DNA of 32,000 nucleotides from Candidatus Thorarchaeota archaeon. Lineage in GTDB: Archaea > Asgardarchaeota > Thorarchaeia > Thorarchaeales > Thorarchaeaceae. A program made the position numbers and the translations under genes. Below the pieces are notes generated by a model. It searched no databases. It was not told the DNA's origin and saw only the letters and a program-made list of their open reading frames with translations. This document shows positions 8,361 through 15,998 of the stretch, piece by piece; position 1 is the first letter of the stretch; every line of letters starts with the position of its first letter. The stretch lies in contig SHMX01000012.1 in assembly GCA_008080745.1 (NCBI GenBank), forward strand, positions 13,543 to 45,542. The letters run 5' to 3'.

Positions 8361-8382
8361 CTCAAAGCCCGACGAACTTCAC

Positions 8383-8388
8383 ATTTAA
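8383..8388 (-). promoter_or_regulatory. Putative TATA box of the r-protein operon
   Basis: The minus strand reads tttcgtaagccTTAAATgt: a TATA-like hexamer preceded by a BRE-like CGTAAG, downstream of the tRNA T-run. Confidence 0.5.
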
Positions 8389-8483
8389 GGCTTACGAAAG
8401 AACAGGAAAAATCAACGATTTTTGGAATGAGTTACCAAGTTCTCTGTATCGTTGGCTTTTTTGACGGAAAAACGGAGATGAAG

Positions 8484-8599
8484 TGGCGCCCAGGATGGGA
8501 TTCGAACTCATGCCTCCAAAAGGAGAGCAGCTGCCTGATCGTAAAGCCACTAGGCAATTCGATTCCAGGCTGCCGCCGTAACCGCTTGGCTACCTGGGC
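8484..8599 (-). tRNA. tRNA-Ser(GGA) with a 30-nt intron and encoded CCA
   Basis: Acceptor stem GCCCAGG/CCTGGGC, discriminator G and CCA; D-arm GCC-AAGCGGTTAC-GGC; anticodon stem GCAGC/GCTGC with CT-GGA-A; long variable arm CTCC-TTTT-GGAG; T-loop TTCGAAT. Confidence 0.95.
8533..8562 (-). other. tRNA intron at canonical position 37/38 (relaxed bulge-helix-bulge)
   Basis: The intron is TCGAATTGCCTAGTGGCTTTACGATCAGGC. CUGG (32-35) pairs with intron UCAG, the 3' bulge is GC|A38, and there is an internal GCC-TAGT-GGC hairpin. Confidence 0.9.
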
Positions 8600-8624
8600 A
8601 TTTTGACCCCAACAAACAAGTGAA

Positions 8625-8632
8625 GATATAAG
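8625..8632 (-). promoter_or_regulatory. Putative TATA box of tRNA-Ser
   Basis: CTTATATC on the minus strand, 26-33 nt upstream of the tRNA 5' end (8599). Confidence 0.6.
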
Positions 8633-8658
8633 CATGACGCTGTTGCAAGAAATTAATA

Positions 8659-8678
8659 TTTAGAACACGTGTTCTAAA
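8659..8678. promoter_or_regulatory. Perfect 20-bp palindrome upstream of the tRNA promoter
   Basis: tttagaacacgtgttctaaa equals its own reverse complement. It lies between the asparaginase stop and the tRNA TATA box. Function unproven. Confidence 0.55.
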
Positions 8679-8716
8679 AAACCTGGATGAAGATTCACAT
8701 AATCCAACCGTTGAAA

Positions 8717-9766
8717 TTAGATCTCGTAGACGTTGGACCCACCAAGAGCTGATAGTTCACCAACATAGTCCTTAGACATCATCTCGTGAACAATATCGGG
8801 ATCCCGGGTATGGCCCAGTACCCATGCCAGTTTTACCATAGCAGCTTCTGATGTCATGACATGAGCACTCATAGCTCCTGCCTCCAATGCTGCCCGTCCC
8901 ACTTCATAGAGAGATAAATCTGCCTGCCCAAAGGCACACTGAGAACTAACAACAACAAAACATCCCTGATTGACTGCTTGACGGATAGCACCAGTTAAAG
9001 AATTCTCTACGGTGGGGATATTGCCTAAACCAAACCCCTCGATGACAATTCCATGATAGCCCATATCCACAATCCGAGAGAGTATTCCAGGGGGAAGACC
9101 TGGAAAAACCTTCAGAAGAAAAACACGAGAGTCAAGACGAGTATCAAATTTCGGAACAAGATTGTGTCTTCGTCGCCTTGTTTCATAGAGGACTATATCT
9201 CTAGTCAATACGCCAATAGGAATGGGATCCATCGAGTCAAAGGCATCGTATGAGTTGACACGTAGTTTTCTGGTTCTAGTAGCACGGTGAATCTCACCAT
9301 TGAACACAATACAGGTCTCGCCAATATCTCCAAAGGCTGCAACGCGCATAGCATCAAGAAGATTGCGAGGGGCATCACTCCAGGGCATAGAGGCAGGAAT
9401 CTGGGACCCTGTAAAGACAATCGGTTTACCAAAGTCTTGTACCATGAATGAAACAGCCGAGGCAGAATAGACCATTGTATCGGTACCATGTGTTATGACA
9501 ATTCCCTCTATATCGGGCATCTCATCATAGATGGTCTTGATAGCACCAGCGATATCTTGCCAATGATGTGGTTGGGCATTAGCCGAGTCAAGGAGGAACA
9601 ATTCCCTTTGAATCACATCGATGCTTCCCAATTCTCTAGGGAGAGTTCCCAATAGCATATCCAATGAAAGGCCAGGACGGAGTCCCTTGGTGACCGGGTC
9701 TGTTATACTTGATATGGTACCGCCAGTGGCCAGAAGGCAGACTTTCGCAACCTTGTCAGTCTTCAT
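8717..9766 (-). CDS. ansA: Type I (cytoplasmic) L-asparaginase
   Basis: Motifs LATGGTISS, ITHGTDTMVYSAS, VFTGSQIP, SDAPRNL and GIVIEGFGLGN. It lacks the N-terminal domain of GatD. Start placed at ATG 9766. Confidence 0.88.
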   Translation of the reverse strand: MKTDKVAKVCLLATGGTISSITDPVTKGLRPGLSLDMLLGTLPRELGSIDVIQRELFLLDSANAQPHHWQDIAGAIKTIYDEMPDIEGIVITHGTDTMVYSASAVSFMVQDFGKPIVFTGSQIPASMPWSDAPRNLLDAMRVAAFGDIGETCIVFNGEIHRATRTRKLRVNSYDAFDSMDPIPIGVLTRDIVLYETRRRRHNLVPKFDTRLDSRVFLLKVFPGLPPGILSRIVDMGYHGIVIEGFGLGNIPTVENSLTGAIRQAVNQGCFVVVSSQCAFGQADLSLYEVGRAALEAGAMSAHVMTSEAAMVKLAWVLGHTRDPDIVHEMMSKDYVGELSALGGSNVYEI

Positions 9767-9774
9767 GCTATACA

Positions 9775-9821
9775 CCTGTTTACATGACAAGAAGATAATA
9801 TATTGGTGTTGCTCAAACAGG
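9775..9821. promoter_or_regulatory. Compact divergent promoter shared by asparaginase and the GGR-family gene
   Basis: The palindromic AATATATT (9797-9804) is about 30 nt from both start codons and is flanked by inverted arms cctgttt (9775-9781) and aaacagg (9815-9821). Confidence 0.5.
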
Positions 9822-9835
9822 CTTAGTGAGAAGTG

Positions 9836-11041
9836 ATGCACGACCTTATTGTTGTTGGTGGAGGACCCGCTGGAGCAGTCTGTGCGAGAACCGCAGCTGA
9901 GGCAGGATTGGACGTGCTTCTGCTAGAAAAGGAAAAACACCCCCGATTCAAACTCTGTGGAGGTGCCCTTAGTAAAAGAGTTGAAGACTTGCTTGATATT
10001 GACATCTCACCTGTTATTGAACGACGAGTCAAAAGTGTAAAGATATCAGCAGGATATGACCAATCTACTACGTGGACCCGTGATGATACTACAGGAATTC
10101 TAGTAAGAAGAAGCGACTTTGATCAGTTGCTTGTGAAACATGCGAGGGATGCGGGAGCTGAAGTAATTGAGCAGTGTAAGGTGCTCCGAGTGGAGCAAAC
10201 TCGAAAAGGAATACGTGCATTGGCAATAGGAGACTCCTTCAAAGGAAGACTGGTTGTGGGAGCTGATGGCGTTAATAGTACAGTAGCAAGAAGTCTAAAA
10301 ATTAGAGAAAGGTGGGATTTGAAGTCTGTTGCTCTTTGTATAGGTGGAGATGCAATACTGAATCGGGAGTCCATGAATAAAATCATGAAAGATAGCGAGG
10401 GAAATCTAAATCCCGCATTAGAGCTATATTTCGGCTTGGTAAAGTGGGGCTATGCTTGGTGCTTTCCTCATTCTGATCGATTGAACATAGGTATAGGCTG
10501 CAGAATGGATCAATCCATAAGCCTGAAAGAAGAATGGGAGAAGTTCCTGAGTCATTTCAAAAAAATGAGGGGCGTTGATTTTGTAATTCAAAATCAGTCT
10601 TCGTTCAGAGTTCCTTTTGGAGGGGAAAAAAGAAGATTAACTGCACGCAGAGCTGTATTGATTGGAGATGCTGCTGGTCTGGTATCCCCAGTAACTGGTG
10701 AAGGCATATACTATGCTCTGAAATCAGGAATGCTTGCGGGAAATTTAGCTGTACAAACTGTAAGAGAGAAGAATCCCCTTGTGTTTAGAACGTATCAGGA
10801 AAGAATAGAGAGAAGTATAGTAGAAGAATTGTCTGTTGCGAAATTTCTCGCTGAAATGCTTTTCAAATCGAAAAATAACATCTCAATGGCTGTCGAGATA
10901 GCTAAAGATGATCTGACTATTCGGAATTACATGATAGATTTTGTAACAGGGTTCAGACCAGCATCTGAGATGAGAAGAAAAATGATGAAACATATGCTCA
11001 GGTATCATCCACTTAAGGCTATAAGAATAGGATTACGATGA
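9836..11041 (+). CDS. Geranylgeranyl reductase-family FAD-dependent oxidoreductase
   Basis: DLIVVGGGPAG (FAD), KLCGGAL, VRRSDFDQLL, VGADGVNS, GYAWCFP and LIGDAAGLVSPVTGEGIYYA. Start is ATG 9836 (GTG 9833 alternative). Confidence 0.9.
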   Translation: MHDLIVVGGGPAGAVCARTAAEAGLDVLLLEKEKHPRFKLCGGALSKRVEDLLDIDISPVIERRVKSVKISAGYDQSTTWTRDDTTGILVRRSDFDQLLVKHARDAGAEVIEQCKVLRVEQTRKGIRALAIGDSFKGRLVVGADGVNSTVARSLKIRERWDLKSVALCIGGDAILNRESMNKIMKDSEGNLNPALELYFGLVKWGYAWCFPHSDRLNIGIGCRMDQSISLKEEWEKFLSHFKKMRGVDFVIQNQSSFRVPFGGEKRRLTARRAVLIGDAAGLVSPVTGEGIYYALKSGMLAGNLAVQTVREKNPLVFRTYQERIERSIVEELSVAKFLAEMLFKSKNNISMAVEIAKDDLTIRNYMIDFVTGFRPASEMRRKMMKHMLRYHPLKAIRIGLR

Positions 11042-11043
11042 TA

Positions 11044-11985
11044 TCAATCGTCTGACTGCGTGATGGAAATGTTTCCATCCAGAGAGAGATTAATCTTCAT
11101 GAGATCACGAGCCAATACGGTATTTGAAAAGGTTTCTTTGGCTTCTGATATAATCTCAGATCCATCACCATATCGCGGACTATAGTGAGTCAAAACTAGA
11201 AGATCGACATTGGCTTTCTTTGCCAGTTCAGCCACATCTTTGGCTGTTGAATGGCCTCTTTTATCTGCTAAATCAGAATGACTAGAAGAATACATAGCTT
11301 CATGAATCAAGACATTGGCGTTCTTTGATGCCTTACGAATCACATCGCAAGGTCTGGTATCACCAGAATAGATTATACGAATAGGAGCTGGTTTTGGCTC
11401 AGTCACATCAATAGGAGATATTTCCCGACCATCTTTTAGAGTCACACTTTCGCCCCCAGCAAGTTTTCCCCAGAGAGGGCCCTTAGGTATGTTCAATTCC
11501 TTTGCCTTATCAACCAGGAAGGTTCCTGTGGGACGTTGATATTCAACCTTGTATCCAAAAGCGATTCCTCGGTGATCCACCTCAAGAGCTTCAACCTGTA
11601 AATCATCAAAGGAAAATACAGTTCCACTTGAAATACCATACACGGTAGATTCGAATGTTGTACCCAGATGAATAGTATCCTGACTAACTCGAATAAAGTC
11701 AACTATGCCCGGAGGACCATACACATCCAAAGGACGCATCCGATCCAAGAGTGACATACGTAGAAGCAAGCCTGGTAACCCAAGAATATGATCTGCATGC
11801 ATGTGAGAAATAAAAATAGCAGTCCGTTTATTCAATCCTGCGTTTACTCGTTCATATTGGCGCTGTACATCCTCACCTGCATCAAATAGTAGGTTCCAAC
11901 CTTCAAACCTTACTAGGACTGCAGGATGATTACGGCCTTCAACAGGAATTGAACCACCACTACCCAGTATGATTATCTCAAACAT
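11044..11985 (-). CDS. rnz: Ribonuclease Z (tRNA 3' endonuclease)
   Basis: ILGSGGSIP...R.HPA, LFDAGEDVQ, FISHMHADH (HxHxDH), exosite LNIPKGPLWGKLAGG, YSGDTRP, LIHEA, GHST and LTHYSPRY. Confidence 0.95.
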   Translation of the reverse strand: MFEIIILGSGGSIPVEGRNHPAVLVRFEGWNLLFDAGEDVQRQYERVNAGLNKRTAIFISHMHADHILGLPGLLLRMSLLDRMRPLDVYGPPGIVDFIRVSQDTIHLGTTFESTVYGISSGTVFSFDDLQVEALEVDHRGIAFGYKVEYQRPTGTFLVDKAKELNIPKGPLWGKLAGGESVTLKDGREISPIDVTEPKPAPIRIIYSGDTRPCDVIRKASKNANVLIHEAMYSSSHSDLADKRGHSTAKDVAELAKKANVDLLVLTHYSPRYGDGSEIISEAKETFSNTVLARDLMKINLSLDGNISITQSDD

Positions 11986-12028
11986 GTAGAAACCCAACTA
12001 ATCAGTAAGAGAGATATGCTCATATCAG

Positions 12029-13432
12029 TTATGCAAGGTCAAACGGTGTTGTATGGGGAGTACATTCACTGCGCACTACACTAAGCGCACGAAGATCGAA
12101 AAATCTCAAGTCCCATTTCCATCCATCAAGTCGCGTATCAAACATCGATAAGATTGGAATGTGTTCATCGCGTCCTGTTGAAACGACATGGGCCATCCAT
12201 TCATTTACAAAAGACACCTCCTCACCCAATACTTGGAGTATCTCTCCACCTGAACCTGCAGGAACGGAGGTTAGAAGTAAAACTTTTGACTCTCCATTAC
12301 GACCGTCAGTAATCCTATCAATACGAGAGATATAAGTCAGAGGGAGAAAGTTCCAAGCGTTTATGACCTCACCAGCGCTCTCCGAGTCCAGTACAGCAAT
12401 CACTCGTTCATTAAGTAGAGGAATATCGATTCGAGCACGAGGAAGGACATATTCGTTTTCAATAATTTGGATTCTACGTCGGAATATCGTTGATTCTGAG
12501 AGCCCAGTCGATTCCATAATCTCATGGGTAGTAGCATCAAAGTTACGTGTCATGTGATCAATTATCTTTAGGTCGCTTGGAGCCATGGTTACTTTTGTTC
12601 GTGACTGGGAGGGCAATTCACCCAGTATCAGAGGTTCATCGCTGTTTCTAAGAAGCAGTCTGAAGTGAAACAGATTCGGCTTCCAATCTGGCCGGTTATA
12701 TGAGAAATGGTGTGGACTGAATCGAGGATGTCCCTCTGAAAGGTGCCACGCAGTAACAGAGCTGGCCACATTGCGCAGAGAGGGCATCAAGACCAAGAAA
12801 TCATCGATGTGTATGCTTGGAATGGCGGCTACCAGAAAGGCAAAAGTTGTGGCACCATCAACAATCAGAGTCTTATAGATATAGGGGCCGCTCAAAACAA
12901 GAGAGGGATTTTCTAAAATTAATAGAATTCTTTCCAAACCAAGTTTTTGGAGATTAAGCAAGCCTTCTACAGAGAATACTTTGGAGTCCTTAAGACGTTG
13001 CATAGCCCTTCTACATTGGGCATAGGTCATATCACTCAGATCTGCAAGTTCGCTCAAATTCGCATCGGGTTTTTTCAGAACTGATTCTAACGCACTAAGT
13101 TCGGTTTTGGATAAACGTGATGCGTTATAACTCCACAGTGCCTCAACCTCACGTAACACATCAGGTTGGGAAATAAATCGTATATAACCAAGTTTGATTA
13201 CATCAGTAAGCCTCTCTTTCAAATCCTCATAGAGACTACCCCGATAGGTATTCACCATCATAAAGAGCCGTTCGCTCTCGGAAGATGTCTGGAAGAGATC
13301 TAATCCAACTCCGTCCTCGATGGACTGGAGAGATTGAACAACAGCAAGCGCACTAGGACTGAGTTTCGATTCAATAGTTGGTTCTTCTTGCTCGTCTGAC
13401 ATATGCAGAACTTCTTCTCCATCGGTGGTCAT
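12029..13432 (-). CDS. Large tandem Lrp/AsnC-like winged-HTH regulator with an extra N-terminal domain
   Basis: There are two HTH modules: LSKTELSALESVLKKPDANLSELADLSDMTYAQCRRAMQRL and DLKIIDHMTRNFDATTHEIMESTGLSESTIFRRRIQI. Each is followed by an alpha/beta region. The start may be the later ATG (MSDEQ). Confidence 0.65.
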   Translation of the reverse strand: MTTDGEEVLHMSDEQEEPTIESKLSPSALAVVQSLQSIEDGVGLDLFQTSSESERLFMMVNTYRGSLYEDLKERLTDVIKLGYIRFISQPDVLREVEALWSYNASRLSKTELSALESVLKKPDANLSELADLSDMTYAQCRRAMQRLKDSKVFSVEGLLNLQKLGLERILLILENPSLVLSGPYIYKTLIVDGATTFAFLVAAIPSIHIDDFLVLMPSLRNVASSVTAWHLSEGHPRFSPHHFSYNRPDWKPNLFHFRLLLRNSDEPLILGELPSQSRTKVTMAPSDLKIIDHMTRNFDATTHEIMESTGLSESTIFRRRIQIIENEYVLPRARIDIPLLNERVIAVLDSESAGEVINAWNFLPLTYISRIDRITDGRNGESKVLLLTSVPAGSGGEILQVLGEEVSFVNEWMAHVVSTGRDEHIPILSMFDTRLDGWKWDLRFFDLRALSVVRSECTPHTTPFDLA

Positions 13433-13532
13433 AGATTACCCTTCACATACAATCTCTTGTATTACTCAATTTAAGCTCATAAGTGAATTAGTACCATGGC
13501 GCGTTTCTGTGATAGTTTTTCATTTAGCTATA

Positions 13533-14282
13533 CTAAACAGATTCTGAATCAGACCAAAGACTATCAAAGTATGCTGATGCCATTGCTGCAAATACAGGGG
13601 CTGAAGCGTAAATGCCCAAGAACTCTTCTTGCTCATTACCAGCCAACATTATTAGAGTTTCACGTCTGTCAATAACTAGACCCGCTCCAAAAACACGTGA
13701 CCGAGTACGTACTTCAAAATTCGAAGGAATGAGGTTCTTCATATCCGATGGGAGATTGGATGTGAGTAGCATAACCTTAGCTTTCACACTAAAGGCACGT
13801 TCTATTAGCTCAGAAATCTCTTCAGTGGGCATATCAAGACTGGGGAGAGATAGCAATACCTCTTCCTTTGATACTTCTAACATCTCGATAGCTTTAGCAA
13901 GAATAGAATGTCTTCCGTGTAGAAGCCAAACATCTCGTGTGGTAGCAGGTGTTTCACGTTCAAATCTAGGTTGTAATTCTTCAACAACATGTTTGCTAGC
14001 CCGTTCTAATCGTTCCTCCCATTCCAATCTAACTAGGCGCATTACCTCAGTGGGGGATTTTGCACGGTATTGTGTAGGTCTTCCTTTCCTAGTCTGGATA
14101 AACCCTTTTTCCCCAAGACGCCCTAGTACGTCATATATTCGCGAATAAGGAACCTGTGATTTTGTGCTAGTATCCGAAGCGGACATTTGACCATGATCAA
14201 CTAGTGCGAGATAAGCAGAGGTCTCGTATTCTGTGAGACCAATCTCTTTCAGTGCTTTGAGAGTAGCTTCGCTAATTGTCAA
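13533..14282 (-). CDS. TrmB-family regulator (TrmBL2-like length, no C-terminal sugar-binding extension)
   Basis: LKEIGLTEYETSAYLAL...SQVPYSRIYDVLGRLGEKGFI...GRPTQYRAKSP, then a PLD-like region with LVIDRRETL. TTG start. Confidence 0.88.
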   Translation of the reverse strand: MTISEATLKALKEIGLTEYETSAYLALVDHGQMSASDTSTKSQVPYSRIYDVLGRLGEKGFIQTRKGRPTQYRAKSPTEVMRLVRLEWEERLERASKHVVEELQPRFERETPATTRDVWLLHGRHSILAKAIEMLEVSKEEVLLSLPSLDMPTEEISELIERAFSVKAKVMLLTSNLPSDMKNLIPSNFEVRTRSRVFGAGLVIDRRETLIMLAGNEQEEFLGIYASAPVFAAMASAYFDSLWSDSESV

Positions 14283-14320
14283 CGGGATACAACCTCATCG
14301 TATTTGAGAAAGTATGGAAC

Positions 14321-14887
14321 TTAAGATTTGTCAGATGTGTACCAGTCCAAAAATTTTGTAAATGCCTTCGTTCGATGTGAGAAGGCAATCTTCTCCTCAA
14401 AGGTCATCTCTGCATAGGTACGTGTTTCGCCTCGTGGAATGAAGATGGGATCATATCCAAAACCACCTGCCCCCTGAGGTTCATGGGCTATTGTTCCGTG
14501 CATCTCTCCAACAAAAGTGTAAACTCCAGAACCATCTGCGAATCCTACTGAACAGACAAATTTGGCTTGGCGTAGTTCAATATCTTGCATAAGTTTCAAT
14601 ATCCCCTCAAGTCCAATGGTTTGAAGAACAAATGCGGGATATGCCTGAGGAAAGCCCCCAAGTGAGTCGATATACAGACCTGTATCATCCACTACCACAG
14701 AGCAGTCCAATGAAGAATATGCCCTAAGAGCAGCCTCAAGAGCAATTTGCTCAGTGCTTGTAGACCGAATCTCCTGTTTCTCCAGAGAGGATGTTTGAAA
14801 AGATACGCCGTATCTCTGAAATAAGGGAGATAATTCTTCAAGTTTATGCTTATTTTGTGTTACAAGAACAAGTTTATCCTTTGACAT
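14321..14887 (-). CDS. rdgB: Non-canonical purine NTP pyrophosphatase (Ham1/RdgB/ITPase)
   Basis: VTQNKHKLEE, VVDDTGLYIDSLGGFP, GFGYDPIFIP, TYAEM and KIAFSHRTKAF. Confidence 0.94.
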   Translation of the reverse strand: MSKDKLVLVTQNKHKLEELSPLFQRYGVSFQTSSLEKQEIRSTSTEQIALEAALRAYSSLDCSVVVDDTGLYIDSLGGFPQAYPAFVLQTIGLEGILKLMQDIELRQAKFVCSVGFADGSGVYTFVGEMHGTIAHEPQGAGGFGYDPIFIPRGETRTYAEMTFEEKIAFSHRTKAFTKFLDWYTSDKS

Positions 14888-15998
14888 ACTGGAGTACTTC
14901 CTTCATTATTTGGTAGGATGGTCGGGTCTTGTTTAAATCGAACATTCCTGTAGCATTCCATAAAATAACATGTTGGAGCCCTTCATTTACATATTCTTCC
15001 AGACGTTTAATGATGGCTTCAGCATCACCCATGATGTAAAATTCCTGAAGAATTTCTGGGGGAACTTGCTGTAGAGCATCCAGAACTGCTTCACGTCCAT
15101 AATTCATAGGAATGTAATCACGAAGAGAGTAAAAATCTTCACCAAATGGATGTTCAAATCCTTTTTTACTCCACTCTGACGCAGGATAGAGAAGAGCAAA
15201 GGCACGGGCTATTGAGGTATCAGCCATGCGCATGCATTCGGACAAGTCATCATCCAAGATACACCAATTCCATAGCGCTGCTGTGAAACGATTGGTTTTG
15301 CCCATCTTCATACGGTGCTTTTGTATCTCTCTGAAGCGTTTACCATAATCCTGTGGAAGTAGATGAGTTGGAATCCATCCATCACCAAACTCTGCTGCGA
15401 TTTTGAGCATCTTTGGTCCATGTGCGGCAATCCATATAGGAGGAGGATTATCCTGAACAGCAGGTCGTAGTGACATCACTGCATTCTTCAATTGCCAGAA
15501 TTTTCCCTCATAATTGAATGGTTCATGTGTACTCCAGACCAACCTAATAATCTCAAGTGCTTCTCGTAATTTACCAACTTGCCCCGAATAGTTCAAACCA
15601 TAAGGAGCTATATTTTCTATCTCTCCAGCACCTATACCCATAATGGCTCGTCCTTGACTAATGTGGTCAAGGGTCAAAAAAGTCTGAGCCAACAGAATCG
15701 GATGTCTACGAAGTGGTTCTGTAACAGCAGAAATGAGTCGGACATTCTCAGTGACTGCTGCACAAGCAGCCATGATACTACCCAATTCAAAATATGTGTG
15801 CGGTGATTGTTGTAGAATTGCCAGGGGTGTTATATCAGGAGTCCAGATGCTTTCGGGAACGAATCCTGCAAAATGATCTGGAAATGCCATACTATCGTAT
15901 CCAAGAGAATCAATGAGCTTTGCATTCTTCGCAGCATTATCCCAAGGAGGGAGGAAAGGACCAGGAGCTCCTATTTCTAAATCATGAATATCGGTCAT
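14874..15998 (-). CDS. Luciferase-like (LLM) oxidoreductase, probably F420-dependent
   Basis: GYDSMAFPDHF, AVTEPLRRHP, TLDHISQGRAIMGIGAGEIEN, PPIWIAAHGPKMLKIAAEFGDGW. Confidence 0.85.
   Translation of the reverse strand: MTDIHDLEIGAPGPFLPPWDNAAKNAKLIDSLGYDSMAFPDHFAGFVPESIWTPDITPLAILQQSPHTYFELGSIMAACAAVTENVRLISAVTEPLRRHPILLAQTFLTLDHISQGRAIMGIGAGEIENIAPYGLNYSGQVGKLREALEIIRLVWSTHEPFNYEGKFWQLKNAVMSLRPAVQDNPPPIWIAAHGPKMLKIAAEFGDGWIPTHLLPQDYGKRFREIQKHRMKMGKTNRFTAALWNWCILDDDLSECMRMADTSIARAFALLYPASEWSKKGFEHPFGEDFYSLRDYIPMNYGREAVLDALQQVPPEILQEFYIMGDAEAIIKRLEEYVNEGLQHVILWNATGMFDLNKTRPSYQIMKEVLQYVKG

Noticed and set aside
8484-8510. tRNA 3' end as a possible integration site (att) for an island
   Set aside because: I saw no second copy of the tRNA 3' sequence and no integrase or transposase in the window, and the flanks are housekeeping genes.
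8147-8635. ORFs 8147-8365, 8193-8606 and 8432-8635
   Set aside because: They overlap the tRNA and the structured leader, have no recognisable motifs, and are better explained as non-coding.
8717-9841. Asparaginase-like gene as GatD
   Set aside because: It lacks the N-terminal GatD domain and no gatE is adjacent. The extra 25 codons in the ORF track cover the divergent promoter.
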